From Thermoplasmata archaeon (GTDB lineage Archaea > Thermoplasmatota > Poseidoniia > Poseidoniales > Thalassarchaeaceae): a stretch of 56,141 nt of DNA. A model generated the notes under the pieces. It ran no database searches. It had not been told where the DNA came from and saw only the letters and a list, made by a program, of their open reading frames with translations. A program made the translations under genes and the position numbers. The stretch covers positions 1-56,141 of the forward strand of contig PBXQ01000057.1 of NCBI GenBank assembly GCA_002727675.1, written 5' to 3'. Below are positions 8,945 through 17,657 of this stretch, one piece after another (the first letter of the stretch is position 1; each line of letters opens with the position of its first letter).

Positions 8945-10864
8945 ATGTTGTGGGGTTATAATTTGAGACTGACTTTCAATGAAATAAAAGAAAAGATTAC
9001 AAAACTAGCGCCTTCAAATGTAGATTTTGAAGTTGATTTAGAGGCTGCTAGTATTGCTATAATTACAAAATATCCTGATAAATTTAGCAATTCATTAATT
9101 GGTGAAATGGCTAAGAGTGTTAAGCGAAGAATTGTTGTTAGGCCTCATGAATCAATATTGATGAATCCAGAAAATGCAATTGAGCTAATAAACAAAGTCA
9201 TTCCTTCTGAAGCTCTTGTTAAGAATACTTGGTTTGATCCAGCTGTAGGTGAGTGCATTATTGAGTGTAAATTTCCAGCAATTGGTGTTGGCCCTCGCGG
9301 AGTTCATATAAAAGAGATTAGGGATAAAATTGGGTGGCAAGTTAAGATTGTCAGGGCATCGAGGATGGATAGTAGGACAGCTAATGATATTAGGCGATTT
9401 AGGCTTGAAAATGCAGATGAAAGGAGGAAGGCCCTTAGAAGATTTGGAACTAATATTTATCGTCCAAAAAGACCAGGTTCTGAATGGGTTAGACTAACAG
9501 CATTGGGTTCTTATGGTGAAGTTGGTAGGGCTATGCATCTGATAACAACCAATGAGAGCAGAGTTGTCATTGATTGTGGAGCCAAGCCAGGGAAAGAAGA
9601 CGAAGCAATGCCGTATTTTGCTGCACCTGAATTATTGCCTCCTGAGAAAATAGATGCTGTTGTGATTACCCATGCTCATTTGGATCATATTGGGATGCTT
9701 CCAGTATTATTCAAGTATGGGTATCGCGGGCCTGTATATTGTACGCCTCCAACAAAAGATTTGATGGTGCTATTACAATTAGATTATATCAAGGTCTCAC
9801 AATCTGAAGGAAGGAGGCCACCTTATACTCTAGAGGACGTCCAAGAGATGATGTTACATGTTGTTGACGTAGAATGGAATCAGACAACCGATATTGCACC
9901 TGACATTAAGATGACACTATACAATGCCGGACACATTCTTGGTTCATCATCTGCTCATATGCATATTGGGGATGGATTACATAATGTTGTATTTAGTGGA
10001 GATATTAAGTATGAAAAATCATGGCTTTTTGATGCGGCAAATGTTAGATTCCCTAGAGTTGAAACGTTAGTAATGGAATCAACTTATGGGGGTAATCAAT
10101 CTTTTCAACCATCTCGTTCAGAAGCGACGCAAGAACTTCATGATATGATAAAAAGGGTCCTTTCAAGAGGTGGGAAGATATTTTGCCCTGTTTTTGCAAT
10201 TGGGAGGAGTCAGGAGTTAATGATAGCAATAGATCAATTGTTTAATTCCGGAGAGTGCGAACCAGTAACAGTTTGGTTAGATGGAATGATCCAAGAAGCA
10301 ACAGCGATTCATTCCATTCATCCAGAATATCTTAATCAAGATTTAAGGCAATCAATTTTGAAGGATGATGAAACAAACCCATTTTCATCTAAATGGTTTA
10401 GGAAAGTGGAAAGTAGGGAACAGAGGGAATCAATTTTATTGAATCCTAATTCATGTATCGTATTAGCAACTAGTGGGATGATGTCAGGTGGGCCAATTGT
10501 TGATTATTTCAAGCACTGGGCTGGTGATAGCCTAAACACACTATGTTTTGTTGGTTATCAGGCAGAGGGGACACTAGGCCGTCGTTTACGGGATGGATTC
10601 AAAGACGTACCTATTTCTGATGGCGGGCGTGGAACTGAAATAGTACGGGTTGAATGTGACATGGTAATTATTGATGGAATGAGTGGCCATTCAGATAGGA
10701 GGCAGTTGATGGAATATGTAAATCAGATGAATCCTAAACCTAAGTTTATTGTCCTGCATCACGGTGATCGTAAGATTTCAAGCCAGTTTAGGCAAGCATT
10801 GCGTGAGACATATAAGGTTAGAACAGTTTCACCCTCAAATCTAGAAACTGTTAGGCTAGCATGA
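8945..10864 (+). CDS. Beta-CASP ribonuclease aCPSF1 (KH domains + metallo-beta-lactamase)
   Basis: LGSYGEVGR, THAHLDH, NAGHILGS, VMESTYG, GYQAEGTLGR, SGHSDR; conserved position after psmB. Confidence 0.95.
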   Translation: MLWGYNLRLTFNEIKEKITKLAPSNVDFEVDLEAASIAIITKYPDKFSNSLIGEMAKSVKRRIVVRPHESILMNPENAIELINKVIPSEALVKNTWFDPAVGECIIECKFPAIGVGPRGVHIKEIRDKIGWQVKIVRASRMDSRTANDIRRFRLENADERRKALRRFGTNIYRPKRPGSEWVRLTALGSYGEVGRAMHLITTNESRVVIDCGAKPGKEDEAMPYFAAPELLPPEKIDAVVITHAHLDHIGMLPVLFKYGYRGPVYCTPPTKDLMVLLQLDYIKVSQSEGRRPPYTLEDVQEMMLHVVDVEWNQTTDIAPDIKMTLYNAGHILGSSSAHMHIGDGLHNVVFSGDIKYEKSWLFDAANVRFPRVETLVMESTYGGNQSFQPSRSEATQELHDMIKRVLSRGGKIFCPVFAIGRSQELMIAIDQLFNSGECEPVTVWLDGMIQEATAIHSIHPEYLNQDLRQSILKDDETNPFSSKWFRKVESREQRESILLNPNSCIVLATSGMMSGGPIVDYFKHWAGDSLNTLCFVGYQAEGTLGRRLRDGFKDVPISDGGRGTEIVRVECDMVIIDGMSGHSDRRQLMEYVNQMNPKPKFIVLHHGDRKISSQFRQALRETYKVRTVSPSNLETVRLA

Positions 10865-10867
10865 TGA

Positions 10868-11725
10868 TTAGGAATCAATATGGAATTTATCTATTTGTTT
10901 TCCCATGATGTATAGTACAAGCCCCGAAACTAGAGAAAGAACTCCTACAAAAGTAACAGCGAAAGCTGCCATTGCAACACCAATACTTACTGTATCGTGG
11001 GGTCCACCAATATCAATTAGAGCAGATGCCATTTGGTATCCTAAAATGAATAGGATAACTCCGGGTACACCTAAAATTATCAAAGGATGTTTTGATTCTA
11101 GCATCCAGTAAAAAAGTTGAGCAAACCTAGATGCGCTAGTCAAAGACTCTCTTTTTTTGCTTATGGATGTTTGATCTAATTCAATTATTCTAACAGCCAA
11201 TTCTCTTGGTAAATCACTGGGTCTGTCAGTTGATTTGGCTTTGGCCAATTCTTCTAGCCCCGCGGGAGTGAATGCGCATACTGATATTGCAGCATTTTCA
11301 TAAGTGTATGATTCAATAGTAATTGCCTTTTTATCATCTAGAGGTTCCTCAATTCTTTGATTAGAAGAACGATGCTTGAATGCAATGTAAATATCATGAC
11401 GACTTCTAGAGAGGGCTATGTGCATTGGTAAATCTACAAGTTTCCAGTCATTGTCTAAACCTATGGCTATTGTATTTTCATTTTCATCAAGTCCTATGTT
11501 CAACAAAGTAGATGCTAATTCAGGTGCATGTGGAGGAGCATCATGAAATACATAAATGCCCCCTGCTGCTTCTACAATTTGCTTAAATTCTTCATCATCA
11601 TTCAATGAAATAACCACAACTTCATCAGCAAAATCAGCACCTCTTGCCACAGCTGAACCAATACGAAGAGATTGATCACGTGCTATGAATACCAAACGCA
11701 TATTATCCATAGCCGCTAGGTTCAT
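10868..11725 (-). CDS. Degenerate GT2-like membrane protein (catalytic motifs eroded)
   Basis: Colinear by eye with the GT2 at 28961-29908, including both C-terminal TMs, but lacks VDDGS and the DXDGQH motif. Confidence 0.7.
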   Translation of the reverse strand: MNLAAMDNMRLVFIARDQSLRIGSAVARGADFADEVVVISLNDDEEFKQIVEAAGGIYVFHDAPPHAPELASTLLNIGLDENENTIAIGLDNDWKLVDLPMHIALSRSRHDIYIAFKHRSSNQRIEEPLDDKKAITIESYTYENAAISVCAFTPAGLEELAKAKSTDRPSDLPRELAVRIIELDQTSISKKRESLTSASRFAQLFYWMLESKHPLIILGVPGVILFILGYQMASALIDIGGPHDTVSIGVAMAAFAVTFVGVLSLVSGLVLYIMGKQIDKFHIDS

Positions 11726-11758
11726 AGGGATTAATTATTGGTATAAAGAAAGATAAAA

Positions 11759-12754
11759 TTGTGGAACTTATTGAAAGACCTAGTCCGCCACGCCGTAATA
11801 ATGAGGGGCACTAGGAGAGTTGCTGTCGTTATGCCTGCACATAATGAAGAGTGCAATATCAAGGATGCTATTGTCTCAATTCCTCAATGGGTTGATTTAT
11901 TGGTGGTAATAAATGATGGTTCTACTGATGATACAGAATTAATCGCTAAGTCTGTGATGCCAAAATTTGGTATTATTTTGACAACTGATGGCCTAGGTGT
12001 TGGAGGGGCGATTTCGTTAGGTTATGATGAAATTATAGATCAAATAGACAACAAAAAGGTGCCTCCAGGGGACTGGGTTGCAGTGGTAATGGCTGGCGAT
12101 GGCCAGATGGATCCTGAAGATATTGATTCATTGTTAGAGCCAATTTCAAGGGTCCCTTTTGTCAAGGGTGATAGGTGGGCACATTCTGATGGATTGGGAA
12201 ATATGCCAAATAATCGTAGAATAGGTTCATGGATTCTAGGGAAATTAACTACACTTGCCTCTGGTAGAAAAGTCAGTGATCCTCAGTGCGGTTATACTGC
12301 AGTTTCAGTTGCTGCTTTACGTGAATGGGATTGGGTGTCAAAGTGGCATGGTTATGGTTATCCAAATTGGTGGATGTTGAATATCGGTTCTGATTCAATT
12401 CCCTTTGAATCAGTTCCAGTACGTTCAGTCTATAGAAATGAGAAATCAGGAATTAGGGTGCCCAAGTTTCTTTCAAGAGTATCACTATTACTTTTCTCTG
12501 GGCTTTGGAAAAGAGGTTGGAAATGGTACGTTCGTGGAGAAGGTAATACTCCTATTTCTAGCCGTTTAGTAGTCTCATCTTCTTGGTTTCTTTCAATTCT
12601 TCTTTTATTGACAATTCCATTCTTGATTTCTATTCAACCAGGTATTTCTTGGATGTTGATAGTAGTAGCGGGATTCTTAGCAACTACTTACCAACTTGAT
12701 CAATTAGAAGTAAAACGTCGTCTAAATCATGAAAGTGGGCCCGTCCGGATTTGA
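11759..12754 (+). CDS. Glycosyltransferase family 2 with C-terminal TM helices (start probably ATG 11801)
   Basis: VVMPAHNEE, INDGSTD, MAGDGQMDPED, DPQCGY. Confidence 0.9.
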   Translation: MWNLLKDLVRHAVIMRGTRRVAVVMPAHNEECNIKDAIVSIPQWVDLLVVINDGSTDDTELIAKSVMPKFGIILTTDGLGVGGAISLGYDEIIDQIDNKKVPPGDWVAVVMAGDGQMDPEDIDSLLEPISRVPFVKGDRWAHSDGLGNMPNNRRIGSWILGKLTTLASGRKVSDPQCGYTAVSVAALREWDWVSKWHGYGYPNWWMLNIGSDSIPFESVPVRSVYRNEKSGIRVPKFLSRVSLLLFSGLWKRGWKWYVRGEGNTPISSRLVVSSSWFLSILLLLTIPFLISIQPGISWMLIVVAGFLATTYQLDQLEVKRRLNHESGPVRI

Positions 12755-12810
12755 ACCGGAGTCTAAGCGTCCCAAACGCCCAAGCATAGGCCAGGCTAAC
12801 CCACGGGCCC
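12736..12810 (-). tRNA. tRNA-Pro(TGG)
   Basis: Reverse complement GGGCCCGTGGGTTAGCCTGG...GGGCG-TTTGGGA-CGCTT...CCGGTTCAAATCCGGACGGGCCCA folds as a cloverleaf; no intron. Confidence 0.95.
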
Positions 12811-12848
12811 CAACAAGGCTCGGAATGACCCCCCTTTGATGAACCTAC

Positions 12849-13298
12849 TTATCCAAGCCATATCCAACCATGGTTATCTTTTCGCATTAGAAGACCTTGA
12901 GATTCAGCCATTTCAACTAATTGCAAAGCATTTGGTGAATCAATTTTTTTCTTTGTGAGTTCGATTTCAATTTGCTGTAAATTTATTAGACCATCTTCAT
13001 CAACGTTGTTACTGATGATTCTCAATAATTGCTTTGCCGAAATAGTATCTACATCATAATCAACATATTCTATTACATCGGTTCTTTGTAGTAATTCTTC
13101 TCTTAGTTCAGGGGGTACATTAGCCATTGATACTTTTTTTGACAATTCATTGCTATCCCTAGCTCTGTCTACGATAGGGTATTCTCCATTTTGACCACAT
13201 TTGGGGCAATAATATATTTCACTACTTTTTAGTGTGCCAAAGTGGCTATTGCAATCATTACAACGAATAATTAGGAACTCTCTAATTTGAGAATCCAT
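12849..13298 (-). CDS. Zinc-ribbon protein (DUF1922/DUF5817-like) with possible C-terminal winged helix
   Basis: N-terminal CNDC...CPKC; helical C-terminus ending AESQGLLMRKDNHGW. Confidence 0.7.
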   Translation of the reverse strand: MDSQIREFLIIRCNDCNSHFGTLKSSEIYYCPKCGQNGEYPIVDRARDSNELSKKVSMANVPPELREELLQRTDVIEYVDYDVDTISAKQLLRIISNNVDEDGLINLQQIEIELTKKKIDSPNALQLVEMAESQGLLMRKDNHGWIWLG

Positions 13299-13307
13299 TT
13301 GAATACC

Positions 13308-13994
13308 TCATAATTGGAAGCTGAAATCTCCTGAATTTTTGGGTGATACCTGCCTACTGGTGCCAGTATTGGCATTGAATCCCTCGGCACTGCGTGTTAA
13401 ACCACCCCTCACTCTACCAACATTGCTATTCTGCATGTTTAGCGTGTCCGGCATAATTAGTGCAGCAATAGCACAGCCGTGATGCTGTTCTGCTGCTGTA
13501 ACTTCATCTACAGCAATCTCATGATTAACGACTTCAAGGTCGCGAGATGCAAGTCTTCTTTTCAAAGTCCTCTTGAGTAATAACTCCGTGTCTTCATATG
13601 AACCCTGGCTAGAAATTGTAGCCACAATTGCACATTCATCTTGTTCGGGGGTGATGCATTGTGCCCAAGCAACTCCTGCAGATGATGTGGATCCGTTGTA
13701 TGCGTAAGATTCAGCAATATGGCATTCAACTAGTGAACCCATTGGCAAATCTTCTGGCTGGATTGCTTCAAATCCCATAGGTAGCATAGCCCCCTCCATC
13801 CTTACTAGGCGAGAATCTCCTAATCCCAGTTCTACAAGGCATTGGTCAAAAGCATCTTCTTTATTGTCGCCCCAAGATGCAACTGAAGTCATTAACCACC
13901 CGGTACAAGAGCCTGAAGCCTTCTTTCTTTCAGTGTCTATCTTGAAGTCCATGCTACGCCGATATGGGTTGGGTTCATCAAGTGGTCGGCTCAT
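13308..13994 (-). CDS. Pyruvoyl-dependent arginine decarboxylase (PdaD)-fold protein lacking the Ser-Ser self-cleavage site
   Basis: AFDQCLVELGLGDSRLVRM...LPMGSLV...HGCAIAAL aligns with the PdaD consensus AFD.AL..AGI.N.NL..IS|SI.PP...LPMGALV...GCA.AAA. Confidence 0.8.
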   Translation of the reverse strand: MSRPLDEPNPYRRSMDFKIDTERKKASGSCTGWLMTSVASWGDNKEDAFDQCLVELGLGDSRLVRMEGAMLPMGFEAIQPEDLPMGSLVECHIAESYAYNGSTSSAGVAWAQCITPEQDECAIVATISSQGSYEDTELLLKRTLKRRLASRDLEVVNHEIAVDEVTAAEQHHGCAIAALIMPDTLNMQNSNVGRVRGGLTRSAEGFNANTGTSRQVSPKNSGDFSFQL

Positions 13995-14000
13995 GGGGTA

Positions 14001-14291
14001 TTGATGATGTTGTTGAGGAGAGCACCTGCCTTATTGGCCGCGCTTCTGATGTTGCTAGTTATTGGATTCAAAATTACTGATGATGGGGGTGTGTCTCAAG
14101 ATTCATTTGCAGTACTACTTTTTCTAATAATTGGGATATTTGTTTTAGTGGTAATTACTTCTCCTGATGTTGAAATTGTTTCTAATAATTCATCGGCCAA
14201 TACGATCAATAACGACTCATCTGGTTCTGAAATTAATAAGTCAGTATTACCTGACCCATTGGATGAAGGTTTTGATTCTCCTCTGATGTGA
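14001..14291 (+). CDS. Small membrane protein (2 TM + acidic tail)
   Basis: Two hydrophobic segments; C-terminal LPDPLDEGFDSPLM; divergent from the PdaD-like gene. Confidence 0.7.
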   Translation: MMMLLRRAPALLAALLMLLVIGFKITDDGGVSQDSFAVLLFLIIGIFVLVVITSPDVEIVSNNSSANTINNDSSGSEINKSVLPDPLDEGFDSPLM

Positions 14292-14296
14292 TAGTA

Positions 14297-15646
14297 TTAA
14301 GGCGTAACTCGCCTAGAATCACGAGGGAATGGGATCACCTCACGAATATGGTCGGCTCCGGCAAGCCAAGAGCATACTCTATCTACTCCTAATCCAAATC
14401 CACCATGGGGTACCCCTCCAAAGCGGCGCACGTCTATGTAAAATTCGTAAGGCTCCCTTGGCGTTCCTTCTTCATCAATTCTTTCCAGAATCTCTTTTTC
14501 AGTCCAAGTCCGCTCACCGCCACCAATAATTTCTCCATATCCTTCTGGAGCAAGTAGGTCATGGCAAAGAACATATTTTGGGTCATCTGGGTCTGGTCTG
14601 TGGTAGAATGGTTTAGCAATTCTTGGATAGTGAGTTAAGAAATTTGGAACTTCGAAATCTTGTGTTAGAATTTTTTCCTTTGAATAGTCAAGGTCTTGAC
14701 CCCATTCAATATCAACTCCCATTCCTTGTAATGTTTCAACAGCTTCATCATATCTCATTCTAGGATATGGGTTATCAGCATATCTAGCGACCAAATCTAG
14801 ATCTCTTCCTAGTGTCTCTAGTTCATCGCTTCTCTCATCGAGTAGAGTTGAGGAAATATGCCTAACCAATGCTTCTCCATGATTCATTACATCTGAATTA
14901 CCACCCCAGGCAATTTCCATTTCAGCATGCCAGAATTCAGTAAGGTGTCGCCTAGTACGGCTTTTTTCTGCTCGAAAAGATGGTGCGATTGTGTAAAGTC
15001 TCTCTAGTGCAGGCATAGCGGCTTCAGCGTAGAGTTGCCAAGATTGTGTGAGATAGGCTTTCCTATCAGGATTCTTTTCGTTAGGAAAATATGGGACTTC
15101 AAATAAGGTACTACCACCTTCAACTGCTCCAGCAACAAAATTAGGTGCTTGATATTCAATAAAATCCAAATTTCTAAAGTATGAGTGTATCGCACCAAAA
15201 ACAGAAGAACGAATTTTCAGCATTGTAGTCATTCGGTTGGTTCTTAGGTAAAGGTGGCGGTTATCTAGTAGGAATTCTGTTTCACCACCATCAGCACTTT
15301 CCATTGCTGATTCAGTAATTGGGAATGGATTTTCTGGATTTACTTCTCCAATTAATTCCCCCTTAGAAACAACCATTTCGTGTCCGCCAGGGGATCTTTC
15401 ATCTACATTGATGACTCCTGATAATTTGATACTTGATTCAATCAAGGCAGACTTTAACTGCTCAAAGCATTCATCACCGACCTCTTCCCTTTTAATCACA
15501 CACTGAATAATCCCAGTGGAGTCTCTGATTACCATAAACCAAATTTTATTCGAACCTCTTGCTCTGTAGACCCATCCCTTCAATTCTACGTCAAGGCCAT
15601 CATGGTCTCCATCATGGACATCGCTAATCCACACATTCTTAGTCAA
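14297..15646 (-). CDS. asnS: Asparaginyl-tRNA synthetase
   Basis: OB-fold GWVYRAR, LLDNRHLYLR, AYLTQSWQLY, FRAEKSRTRRHLTEFWHAEME, GGFGLGVDR; TTG start. Confidence 0.93.
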   Translation of the reverse strand: MTKNVWISDVHDGDHDGLDVELKGWVYRARGSNKIWFMVIRDSTGIIQCVIKREEVGDECFEQLKSALIESSIKLSGVINVDERSPGGHEMVVSKGELIGEVNPENPFPITESAMESADGGETEFLLDNRHLYLRTNRMTTMLKIRSSVFGAIHSYFRNLDFIEYQAPNFVAGAVEGGSTLFEVPYFPNEKNPDRKAYLTQSWQLYAEAAMPALERLYTIAPSFRAEKSRTRRHLTEFWHAEMEIAWGGNSDVMNHGEALVRHISSTLLDERSDELETLGRDLDLVARYADNPYPRMRYDEAVETLQGMGVDIEWGQDLDYSKEKILTQDFEVPNFLTHYPRIAKPFYHRPDPDDPKYVLCHDLLAPEGYGEIIGGGERTWTEKEILERIDEEGTPREPYEFYIDVRRFGGVPHGGFGLGVDRVCSWLAGADHIREVIPFPRDSRRVTP

Positions 15647-15722
15647 CTATGACCACCCTGAGCCTTGCGAATCCCTTCTCACATTTTAACCGAGCCCTTG
15701 CAACAATACGTTACATCTATTC

Positions 15723-16739
15723 GTGAGAGTCTCTGCGCTTCATTACTCCATGTCAGACGTACCAATGAGAGGAAACCAAAGTTTGGCGGTATACGCCATA
15801 GGTGGAAATGCACTATCTAACCCATCTCTCAGGGGCAGTGAAAGTGCAATTGCTAGTGAAAAAGTAATGGCTTCAGTCTTAGAGGATGTTGTTGATTTGT
15901 TGGAGGCAGGAATTATGGTTGTTATGACTCATGGCAATGGCCCTCAAGTAGGTGAAATGTTACTAATGGAGGAGGCATTGTTTGATAGAAGAATGCATGA
16001 TGAAGAACATGACAGGGCGATGACAGAGGGTTTAGATCATTGGGTTGCTGCTACACAAGGAACACTGGGGCATGAGATTGCAACTAGGTTGGATAATGTT
16101 CTTCAAAGAAGAGGTAGACATGAGCAAGTTGTTACGCTGTTAACAAGAGTTGAGGTTTCGGATGAAGATGAGGCTTTTTCAAGGCCAACTAAGCCAATAG
16201 GTCCAGTGATTGATGATCTAGATATTGTACCCAATAATTGGGTACTTGGAATTACTAATTTGGATACAGGGCCTCGCAGGGTAGTAGCTTCTCCCAAACC
16301 AATCAGGATTATTGATTTAGATGCCATAGATGCATTAGTTTCCGCAGGTGCAGTTGTACTATGTGGTGGTGGAGGTGGTATTCCTGTGGTTTCACAAAAG
16401 GGTGGTTTAAAGGGTATTGAAGCGGTAATTGACAAAGATTGGGTTTCAGCTTTATTGGCTTCATCTTTGAATGCAGAATACTTGTTTATCTCAACTGCAA
16501 TAGATTCAGTTAAGATCAATTTCCAGGAAGATGGCGAGGAAAGCATATCTAAATTGACAGTTTCAGAAGCCAAGAAGCATCTTTTAGATAATCAATTCCC
16601 AGCAGGCAGCATGGGCCCAAAAATAGAGGCGATGATTTTTGCTAAAGAGAAAAACCCCAATTTGAAAGCAATCCTATGTAAGCCAGGAGATGCTATTGAA
16701 GCAATGAGGGGAGTTAAAGGAACCACCTTCCTAAATTGA
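15723..16739 (+). CDS. arcC: Carbamate kinase
   Basis: AIGGNAL, THGNGPQVG, GGGGGIPV, VIDKD, GSMGPKIEA; true start probably slightly downstream. Confidence 0.93.
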   Translation: MRVSALHYSMSDVPMRGNQSLAVYAIGGNALSNPSLRGSESAIASEKVMASVLEDVVDLLEAGIMVVMTHGNGPQVGEMLLMEEALFDRRMHDEEHDRAMTEGLDHWVAATQGTLGHEIATRLDNVLQRRGRHEQVVTLLTRVEVSDEDEAFSRPTKPIGPVIDDLDIVPNNWVLGITNLDTGPRRVVASPKPIRIIDLDAIDALVSAGAVVLCGGGGGIPVVSQKGGLKGIEAVIDKDWVSALLASSLNAEYLFISTAIDSVKINFQEDGEESISKLTVSEAKKHLLDNQFPAGSMGPKIEAMIFAKEKNPNLKAILCKPGDAIEAMRGVKGTTFLN

Positions 16740-16747
16740 CTTGTAAT

Positions 16748-16824
16748 TGGCGGGCCTTACGGGGTTCGAACCCGCGGCCGACGGATTAAGAGTCCGTCGC
16801 TCTACCTGACTAAGCTAAAGGCCC
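16748..16824 (-). tRNA. tRNA-Lys(CTT), CCA encoded
   Basis: Reverse complement GGGCCTTTAGCTTAGTCAGGTAGAGC-GACGGA-CTCTTAA-TCCGTC-GGCCGCGGGTTCGAACCCCGTAAGGCCCGCCA. Confidence 0.96.
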
Positions 16825-16870
16825 ACTCTCGCGGGTGTGGCTCACCTATTTGACCAAAGCGGATGATGGC

Positions 16871-17581
16871 TCAAGATAGTCTTCCTGATGGTTTAATTCT
16901 CACTTCAATTCCATGGGTTGAGCCAATTACAACAGCATCAGCAATATGTGTAAAAAGTCCTACTTCTAAGACACCTGAAATACCTTGAATTTTATTTTCT
17001 AGTTCAACAGGGTTGGAAATAGTTGGTCCGAAATTACAATCTAAAATATAATTGCCATTATCCGTGATGAATGGATTATCCCCTCCCCTTCTTTTAACAT
17101 CTCCAGGGCATAATTTTTGCAAATGCCTAGATGTAACTTCCCATCCAAATTGTATCACTTCTACAGGTAATGGGAAATTGCCCAATATTTCAACATCTTT
17201 TCGCGGATCTGTTACTACAACCATGGAATGGGAAATTTTAGCTACTATTTTCTCTCTTGTTAAGGCGCCTCCACCTCCCTTAATTAAGTGGAATTCCGGA
17301 TCAAATTCATCTGCTCCATCGATAGTTAAATCAAGTTTTTCAACCTGATTCCAAGGTATTAACGGTATATTATGCTCATTTGCTAATATTTCAGTTTCAA
17401 TGCTAGTAGGGACTCCTCTAATATTAAGCCCCTCTTCAGAAATCCTCCTGCCCAATTCAATTACGGTGTACCTAACGGTTGATCCTGTGCCTAATCCTAA
17501 GTCCATTCCGTCATGAACAAAATCACATGCTGCAATGCCTGCAGACTGTTTAGCAGCCTCTACCTCGCCTGTGCCCATCAA
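16871..17581 (-). CDS. rpiA: Ribose-5-phosphate isomerase A
   Basis: GLGTGSTV, IDGADE, LIKGGGGALTREK, LPVEV, ITDNGNYILD, GVLEVGLF. Confidence 0.97.
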   Translation of the reverse strand: MMGTGEVEAAKQSAGIAACDFVHDGMDLGLGTGSTVRYTVIELGRRISEEGLNIRGVPTSIETEILANEHNIPLIPWNQVEKLDLTIDGADEFDPEFHLIKGGGGALTREKIVAKISHSMVVVTDPRKDVEILGNFPLPVEVIQFGWEVTSRHLQKLCPGDVKRRGGDNPFITDNGNYILDCNFGPTISNPVELENKIQGISGVLEVGLFTHIADAVVIGSTHGIEVRIKPSGRLS

Positions 17582-17657
17582 AGCCTCGGTAGGGAAGGGG
17601 GTGGATATGATTTGCCTAAAATTGATTTTTATATTCTACGAATATATAGCCGAATAA

